Of a stretch of 64,000 bases of DNA, positions 57,908 through 64,000 are shown piece by piece. The stretch is from an uncultured SAR86 cluster bacterium (GTDB lineage: Bacteria; Pseudomonadota; Gammaproteobacteria; Magnimaribacterales; D2472), in assembly GCA_902612915.1 (NCBI GenBank), contig CACMFH010000003.1, positions 204 to 64,203 on the forward strand, written 5' to 3'. Every line of letters begins with the position of its first letter. Position 1 is the first letter of the stretch. The position numbers and the translations under genes were made by a program. Below the pieces are notes generated by a model. It had not been told where the DNA came from, ran no database searches, and worked only from the letters and a program-made list of their open reading frames with translations.

Positions 57908-60430
57908 TTATTTACTATCAAAGAAATTATTAACTTCAAAATAAATTAAATCATAGTGGTTAGATTTAAATCTATTATTTCTACTAAAATCTAATATTTC
58001 TTTCAATGCAGAAAAAATTGCTGCTTTCGAAACATCATCGTATGGACCCTCATTAAATCCATTAGTAAGCAGATTTACATATGTAGATTGAAGGTTCTTT
58101 TTAAAGGTATCAGGCTCTTCACCAGAAATAAAAATAGCAGAGTTTAGATCTTCTAAAACCTCATCAGGCATATATTCATTTCCATATAAAGAACTATTGA
58201 CTAATCTTTTCATAACGGCAGGATGAAGTATATTTCTGAGAATGTTGCTTTGGCTTGCTAAAACAATCTCGTGAAAGTCAGGATCATTATTGTCTCCAAA
58301 ATTTGCATAATAACTGTCTGAATCTCTTTCAAAAATGAGATTCGCAAGAATTTTAGGATCATAATTCATGGCTCCATTTGAAAAAACTTCGTTTTTAAGT
58401 AACTCAAAAGCTTGTTTTTGTTTTTCGTATGGAACTGGCTCTAAAGAAACAAAATCGTCTTGATTTGAAGCTATTTTATTTATATAAACTCCACCAATTT
58501 GTTGAGCAACAGTTTCAAGAAATCTACCTTTAGTTCTAAATAATCTATAAAAAGAATTTGTATAGTTGTTAAAACCTTCCTCATCAGAGAATATTTCAGG
58601 TAATTCATTAATCTTTTGATCAACTATTTTTACAATATCTTCTGCATAACCAATAGGATCATTGCTCATATCATATCTCTTAGTTCTAGGATCAATATTA
58701 TTGCCTGGGTAAGACATCGCATCGTCATCTGTGCCGAATGTTAATTCTCTTTTAACAGATTGTTGAAGTAACGCAGTTCTCTCTTCTTCCGTTAGGTTAG
58801 GAGTGTATCCAAATTTAACTGCCCATTTATCATAAACACCAGGCTCAGTTGAAAAATAAATTCCTTGTTCAACTCCTTCAGGAGCAATATTGATTGGATC
58901 ATAATCCATAACAGAACTCATTAGGACATTGCCAGTAATATTTTTATCATGTATTTCATCAGGGCTGTATAGATAACTACCTCTAAAATTATGTCTCAAT
59001 CCCAGAACATGTCCTACTTCATGTAGAGTTAGATTAGTGATGTATTGCATCAAGGGATCATTGTCTTCTGTGTAACCATATAGTTTTCTGTAGTTATAAC
59101 CCAACTTAATAGCAAGAAGTTTATTAACAACATCTGCAGAAATAATTTCCCCAGTTAAAGGATTGCTTACACTTGGTCCAATCCCAAGTAAATTTCCATC
59201 TGGTTCAGAAGACCACCTTACAACGTTATAGTCATAATCAGCAGCGTCCCATTCTGCGTCTTCTGGTTGAATCTTTGCAACAACCGCATTAATAAAACCA
59301 GCTTCTTCAAAAGCAATATTCCAATTTTCAATACCAGCAACTACAGCAGGAATTATTTCTTTTGGTGTAGTATTTTCAACCCAGAAAACAATTGGTTCTT
59401 CAGGTTCTGACATTTCAGCATCAGGATTTTTCTTTATCAATCTCCACTTATTTATCAATGCAAAGTTTGGAAAATTATCGTAAGAAGTTAAATCAGTAGA
59501 TTTATTAACGAAATAACCAATTCTGTGATCATTTACTCTAGGTTCAAATCTATCATCAGGCATTTTTACAAAAATATGTCGACCAGTAACAGATAGATAA
59601 CGTGGATCAGTTACGGCAGAAACAGAATAAGCATTTGGATTTGGCATCACATTTTCAAAAGCAAAGGTCACTTCAAACGCTGTATTTGTCTTATTGTTAT
59701 AAATATTCTTTACAAATGTTTTAGCCTCATCAGGTCTACCATAGTCTACTGAAATATATTCTCTGTATTCGCTTGGAACATAACTAATTGAGTCCATTTT
59801 TTCAGAAAGTATTATGCTATTGAGATTAATTAAAACAGAATCTTCTGTTCGAGCAGTGGGTTTAAAAACTTCTACAAAAGCTTCAGTAATATTCGTAATT
59901 GATGATCTAGCAATATTATTTGTTTCATCTCCTTTAATGTAAGAAGTATTAATTTGGTATAAACCTATTTTATCTTTTTTAAATGATCTAAATTCATATA
60001 CTTTTCCATCAGATGGCAAACCTCCTGTAAGAGTACTGCCTTGTGGTGCATTCATAACATATGAGAAATAAATGAATTTTTCATTTAAATCTTTCTTATC
60101 GAGCTTTAAATAAAATACAGAATCATCATCATTTGAGTATATGTTTAGAAATCCGTCAATCTTCTTAAGTTCTTCTTCTTCAATAAACTCTTCTATAGTT
60201 TTCATGAATTCTTTTTCACATTTTTTGCTGTCATTCATGCTTTCTGCTTGCATCATGCATTCTTCAAGATTTTCAGGTTTAGCATCTTCGTCAGCAGATT
60301 TATCTTTTGATTCTTCAGTTTGATTATTATCATCCTCTGAATCCTTAGTGATCGTCGCATTTAGATCAAAATTAACTAATAAGATAGATAAAAAGAAAAG
60401 TAAATAGATTGATAATTTTTTTTGAATCAT
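57908..60430 (-). CDS. Secreted zinc-dependent metalloprotease (large DUF4953/DUF5117-type)
   Basis: Signal peptide, an acidic low-complexity N-terminal region, the zinc site LHEVGHVLGLRHNF and a downstream SVMDY. 840 aa. Confidence 0.75.
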   Translation of the reverse strand: MIQKKLSIYLLFFLSILLVNFDLNATITKDSEDDNNQTEESKDKSADEDAKPENLEECMMQAESMNDSKKCEKEFMKTIEEFIEEEELKKIDGFLNIYSNDDDSVFYLKLDKKDLNEKFIYFSYVMNAPQGSTLTGGLPSDGKVYEFRSFKKDKIGLYQINTSYIKGDETNNIARSSITNITEAFVEVFKPTARTEDSVLINLNSIILSEKMDSISYVPSEYREYISVDYGRPDEAKTFVKNIYNNKTNTAFEVTFAFENVMPNPNAYSVSAVTDPRYLSVTGRHIFVKMPDDRFEPRVNDHRIGYFVNKSTDLTSYDNFPNFALINKWRLIKKNPDAEMSEPEEPIVFWVENTTPKEIIPAVVAGIENWNIAFEEAGFINAVVAKIQPEDAEWDAADYDYNVVRWSSEPDGNLLGIGPSVSNPLTGEIISADVVNKLLAIKLGYNYRKLYGYTEDNDPLMQYITNLTLHEVGHVLGLRHNFRGSYLYSPDEIHDKNITGNVLMSSVMDYDPINIAPEGVEQGIYFSTEPGVYDKWAVKFGYTPNLTEEERTALLQQSVKRELTFGTDDDAMSYPGNNIDPRTKRYDMSNDPIGYAEDIVKIVDQKINELPEIFSDEEGFNNYTNSFYRLFRTKGRFLETVAQQIGGVYINKIASNQDDFVSLEPVPYEKQKQAFELLKNEVFSNGAMNYDPKILANLIFERDSDSYYANFGDNNDPDFHEIVLASQSNILRNILHPAVMKRLVNSSLYGNEYMPDEVLEDLNSAIFISGEEPDTFKKNLQSTYVNLLTNGFNEGPYDDVSKAAIFSALKEILDFSRNNRFKSNHYDLIYFEVNNFFDSK

Positions 60431-60488
60431 ATGGTATACCTTTAAATAGCATGTAATTCTATTACAAAGTTGAACATACTGGTAGTAT

Positions 60489-61292
60489 ATGACTATGAAT
60501 AATTCTTACGCTTTAATTACAGGTGCATCATCGGGAATTGGTGCAGAAATTGCAAAAAAACTAGCTAAAAAAGGTTACAACCTTGTTTTGACTGCCAGAA
60601 GAACTGAATTATTGGAGAATTTAGCTAACGAAATTAAGCAAAAACATAATATCAACGTAGATTTAATTTCCAAAGATCTTAGTAAATACGAAGCACCGAA
60701 AGAAATTTTTGATTTTTGTGAAAAAAATAACTACTCAGTAGATTTTTTAGTCAATAATGCTGGATACGGAATTAAGACTTCTTTTCATGAAACAAGCCTT
60801 GATGATGAAGAAGACTTCATCAGAGTGCTTGGCACTTCAGTAATTATGATGACAAAATTATTCTTACCAAAGATGATTGAAAAAGGTAATGGCAAAATTA
60901 TGATTGTCTCTTCTGTTGCATCTTTTGCAGCTCCCTCAGCAATTCAACCTCTATATGGACCAATAAAGACATTTATGAATAGGTTTAGCGACAGTATAAA
61001 TATTAATTATAAACATAAAGGGGTTACCTCAACTGCAGTTTGCCCAGGATTCACTACAACTGGTTTCCATACAGCAAGTGGAGTCCAAGAGCAGATGGAT
61101 AGAGTACCAAAATTTTTGGTATTTACAGCTGAGAGAGTTGCTGACGAAGCCATTGAAGCAACTTTATCAGGAAAGAGATTATGTGTACCAACAAAGACCT
61201 ATAAGTTCTTGGTTTTTATGTTAAGAAACATGCCTCAATGGATTCTTTCTTTATTAGGAAAGATTCTTGCTCCAGGAAGATACAACCAATAA
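60489..61292 (+). CDS. Short-chain dehydrogenase/reductase (SDR)
   Basis: Motifs TGASSGIG (cofactor), NNAG and the catalytic S...YGPIK (YxxxK). Confidence 0.85.
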   Translation: MTMNNSYALITGASSGIGAEIAKKLAKKGYNLVLTARRTELLENLANEIKQKHNINVDLISKDLSKYEAPKEIFDFCEKNNYSVDFLVNNAGYGIKTSFHETSLDDEEDFIRVLGTSVIMMTKLFLPKMIEKGNGKIMIVSSVASFAAPSAIQPLYGPIKTFMNRFSDSININYKHKGVTSTAVCPGFTTTGFHTASGVQEQMDRVPKFLVFTAERVADEAIEATLSGKRLCVPTKTYKFLVFMLRNMPQWILSLLGKILAPGRYNQ

Positions 61293-61296
61293 AGAG

Positions 61297-61941
61297 CTAA
61301 TCTAATACAGAATCTGAAACAAACGGATTAGAACTTCTTTCAGCTTTAAAAGTTGAAACTGGCCCATGACCCGGAATAAAATCAACATTATCACCTAAAG
61401 GCCATAATTTATTTTTTACCGAATCAATCAATTGTTGATAATTCCCACCTGGTAAGTCAGTTCTGCCTATAGATCCATTAAATAGAACATCCCCAACTAA
61501 AGCTAAATTACCTTTTTTGTTAAAAAAAATTATGTGACCAGGAGTATGTCCTGGACAAAAATATACATCAAGTTTTTCATTACCAACTGTCACAACATCA
61601 CCTTCATCTAACCACTTATCTGGATTACAATTTTTTGATTGTAATCCAAACATTTCACCTTGTTTTTGAAGCCCATCTAATAAAAATTTATCATCAATAT
61701 GAGGTCCATGAATTTCTACATTTAAAATTTCTGATATTTCAGTTGCTCCACCAGCATGATCAATATGACCATGTGTTAACAAGATTTTCTCTGGTGATAA
61801 CTCTTTTTCTTTAGCAATATTTAGTAATATTTCTATGTCACCTCCAGGATCAACAATTGCGCATTTTTTTGTTTCATCACAAAAAATTATTGAAGCATTC
61901 TGTTCAAAAAGAGTTACAGGTTGAATTAAAGCTTTGAGCAT
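61297..61941 (-). CDS. gloC: Metallo-beta-lactamase-fold hydrolase, YcbL/GloC-type glyoxalase II
   Basis: Colinear with E. coli YcbL from memory: VDPGGD, LLTHGHIDHAGG, CPGHTPGH, GR.D.PGG...QL, IPGHGP.ST. Confidence 0.75.
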   Translation of the reverse strand: MLKALIQPVTLFEQNASIIFCDETKKCAIVDPGGDIEILLNIAKEKELSPEKILLTHGHIDHAGGATEISEILNVEIHGPHIDDKFLLDGLQKQGEMFGLQSKNCNPDKWLDEGDVVTVGNEKLDVYFCPGHTPGHIIFFNKKGNLALVGDVLFNGSIGRTDLPGGNYQQLIDSVKNKLWPLGDNVDFIPGHGPVSTFKAERSSNPFVSDSVLD

Positions 61942-61945
61942 AATG

Positions 61946-61978
61946 ATTTACAATATATTAAAAAATATAATTGTAAAT
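61946..61978. promoter_or_regulatory. Symmetric dyad in the divergent gloC / membrane-protein intergenic region
   Basis: ATTTACAAT-N15-ATTGTAAAT has 9-bp perfect arms and is centred in the 42-nt gap. Each arm ends 5 nt from a start codon (61941 and 61984). Confidence 0.35.
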
Positions 61979-61983
61979 ATATT

Positions 61984-63696
61984 ATGACTGAACAAACTAA
62001 CGAATCATATTTGAGTTTAAGGATCCCTACTAATGAAAAGGATGAAAAATTTATCTCAGGTATAAACTCCTCTTATGAAGCGGCAAAGTTAAGAAGCGCC
62101 TCAAGAGATGCTAAAGCATCTGAATATCATTCACCAGTAAAATTTTCATGGAAAGATTTTTGGAAAACGATGATATATGAAAATCTTCCTCCTGTTATTT
62201 TTTCGCCAATAGCTGCATTATTCCTAGAAAAATCATTGAGCAGAGCTTGGCACGTAAGTCAGAATAGAATGTTAATAGCTGTTTCTCCAAAACATCACTC
62301 TATTGGCGAAATTATTCAAATGTGGTGCATTGTCTACCCAGGATCATGGCTTATGAATATTGGGCTTTATCTTGCTCTGTTTAGCGAGAGTTCTTTAATA
62401 TTAAATATTGATCCATTTCATATGATCCTTGCTTACTTATTGTTGTTTATGCGCAGACTGATTATCTCAACAAAATATGGATATTTTAGGCCTGAAGACA
62501 ATGAAAGGCTTTGCTTGCCAGCTCCTGACTGGGATAGAAATAAAACCAATAGACGGCTAGTAGGGCAAGGCTGGCTTCAACCATGGCTTTTCCCTGGACT
62601 AATTGAAGATGAGTTAACAGTAGCAATGGATGAAAATGACATTTGTTTACAAGGAATTCCTATAGAAATTGATGAAGATACTGAAAAAAAATTCTTAGAA
62701 GAAGACTCAAGTGAACTTTTTCCAGCAAAAACTAGTGTTTCATCAAAAAATGAAGTTGCCTCTGGTTTTATTCTTTTCAATATAATTAAATCTGTTTACA
62801 GCAGTCCTACTATGAATAACTTTAGGACTATTCTACTCATAACTGTTCTATCTCTGTCTGTTACTCCATTTTTGGTTAAGTTTTTATATGGCACTCCATT
62901 ATTTGGAATAACACTTAACGAAAAAATTATATCTGCTGCTACTTTTATTGGATTACTAAACGGTTTTCAACTAATTATGTTTGGACTTGTATGCTCTGTT
63001 GACTATGAAAGAAGATATAGGTGTTCAAAAAAATTGGGTGACTTGGTCGCATTTCCAGGCTTAAGTTTTAAAAATATGTTTAGATCAACTTCTGAGTCAG
63101 AAAACATTTATGTAGATTTACAGAAAAGATTAAATGTATTTAGTTGGATGAATATGAGAAAAGTACTTCGATCTTTTGGTGAAGCTTTTTATTTGCGCAT
63201 TCAAAGTTATACCTCAATATTAATATTTTATTCCTTATTTTGTGTTGCCATCTTAAATTTGATAGTTTGGACAGAATTAAGACATCACATATCTACTATG
63301 TATTTAATATGCGTTGTAATATTTTTTGTTTCATCAATCAGCTTGTACGCAATTTATAAAGCGATCAAACTTCAATCACTTAGTGCAGAACACAGGGATT
63401 TCATAAGAAATGAAATATTCATTATTGAAGAGGAGATATGGGAATTAAAACTTCAAAATGGTGATAAAGAGAGAATTACAGATCTCATGAGCGCAAAGGC
63501 ACTTTTAGAGCAAGTTGATGAATCCATAAACTATAAAGAGTTAATATATAAACCAACAACAATATTGGGATATGCTGCAAATAATGGTGTCATTGGGTCA
63601 GTTTTAGGTCTTGTATTAACAGGGTGTTTGTTTGCAGTTCAAGGATTTGTATCAACTGGAATTGAGTATGATCCAAATGGTTGGTTTAATTTTTAG
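61984..63696 (+). CDS. Large polytopic membrane protein, unknown function
   Basis: 570 aa with about 8 hydrophobic segments, an acidic soluble loop of about 110 aa (RPEDNERL...SSKNEVASG) and a coiled segment near the C-terminus. No family recognised. Confidence 0.6.
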   Translation: MTEQTNESYLSLRIPTNEKDEKFISGINSSYEAAKLRSASRDAKASEYHSPVKFSWKDFWKTMIYENLPPVIFSPIAALFLEKSLSRAWHVSQNRMLIAVSPKHHSIGEIIQMWCIVYPGSWLMNIGLYLALFSESSLILNIDPFHMILAYLLLFMRRLIISTKYGYFRPEDNERLCLPAPDWDRNKTNRRLVGQGWLQPWLFPGLIEDELTVAMDENDICLQGIPIEIDEDTEKKFLEEDSSELFPAKTSVSSKNEVASGFILFNIIKSVYSSPTMNNFRTILLITVLSLSVTPFLVKFLYGTPLFGITLNEKIISAATFIGLLNGFQLIMFGLVCSVDYERRYRCSKKLGDLVAFPGLSFKNMFRSTSESENIYVDLQKRLNVFSWMNMRKVLRSFGEAFYLRIQSYTSILIFYSLFCVAILNLIVWTELRHHISTMYLICVVIFFVSSISLYAIYKAIKLQSLSAEHRDFIRNEIFIIEEEIWELKLQNGDKERITDLMSAKALLEQVDESINYKELIYKPTTILGYAANNGVIGSVLGLVLTGCLFAVQGFVSTGIEYDPNGWFNF

Positions 63697-63741
63697 AAAA
63701 ATACTATAAAATAGGCATTTTTAATATTATTGGAATAAAAA

Positions 63742-64000
63742 ATGAGCAAAAAAGTATCAAAAGATGAAGCTTTAAAAGCTGTAAAAACCATTACTGATGA
63801 AATTTCTAAAAGTTCTCTTGAGCAAGAGGCGCTTGAAGCAGTAAAAACATTAATTCTTTGGGCTGGTGACGATCCTGAAAGAGAGGGCCTTGTTGATACA
63901 CCCAAAAGAGTTGTTAAAGCGTATAAAGAATTTTTCTCTGGTTACGAGGAAGATCCTGAAGAAATTTTGAGTAGAACTTTTGAAGAAGTTGAAGGCTATG
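63742..64000 (+). CDS. folE: GTP cyclohydrolase I, N-terminal part (continues beyond window end)
   Basis: My translation from ATG 63742 reads [17 protein letters not shown]...[32 protein letters not shown], the FolE N-terminal signature. It is not in the ORF track because it runs off the edge. Confidence 0.85.
   Translation, partial: MSKKVSKDEALKAVKTITDEISKSSLEQEALEAVKTLILWAGDDPEREGLVDTPKRVVKAYKEFFSGYEEDPEEILSRTFEEVEGY

Noticed and set aside
1-64000. CRISPR arrays, IS elements, transposases, integrases, prophage genes, toxin-antitoxin pairs, restriction-modification or other known defence genes, rRNA or large ncRNA
   Set aside because: I found none when reading the ORF set and all intergenic regions. 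The longest non-coding stretches without a tRNA gene are about 110 nt (2840-2949, 32675-32779, 33663-33775) and show no repeat structure. The intervals 40291-40417 and 53857-54021 are longer but consist mainly of the tRNA-Asn and tRNA-Ser genes.

Overview
This is a strongly AT-rich, very gene-dense chromosomal window. Intergenic gaps are mostly under 100 nt and many start and stop codons overlap. Gene content and order look like the core genome of a streamlined Gammaproteobacterium, possibly a marine free-living lineage, though that is inferred from synteny and composition only. The synteny evidence is topA...lexA, asd-fimV-truA-trpFBA...dedD-cvpA-purF, ppi-lpxH, umuDC, acnB and alaS-lysC...tRNA-Ser(GCU). 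I call about 66 protein-coding genes, 2 tRNAs (Asn-GTT, Ser-GCT), 1 doubly frameshifted gene, 2 near-consensus LexA boxes, 1 Fur-box-like palindrome, 1 symmetric dyad and 1 clear intrinsic terminator. Most genes are housekeeping: the 2-methylcitrate cycle (prpBCD plus acnB), Leu/Trp/chorismate/Asp-family biosynthesis, purine (purF, purL) and pyrimidine (pyrD, DHOase) synthesis, and DNA repair (uvrB, umuDC, lexA, a mini-MGMT). I see no CRISPR array, IS element, integrase, prophage, toxin-antitoxin pair or recognisable defence island, and no non-coding stretch long enough for a sizeable ncRNA. I therefore cannot point to a convincing new multi-gene system. The best leads are: (1) a three-gene umuD-umuC-orf114 operon under a perfect LexA box, with an unassignable third gene; (2) a run of small Cys-containing DUF genes at 32.7-35.2 kb, with a Fur-like palindrome in front of a haem-ligand-less bacterioferritin-like gene; (3) an orphan 570-aa polytopic membrane protein behind a perfectly centred dyad; (4) conserved synteny slots where expected genes are replaced (accD-folC by malonyl-CoA decarboxylase, csrA by a dihydroorotase); and (5) an acyl-CoA dehydrogenase broken twice in poly(A) tracts. 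Function calls rest on motif recognition by eye and on remembered family sequences. No database search was run.
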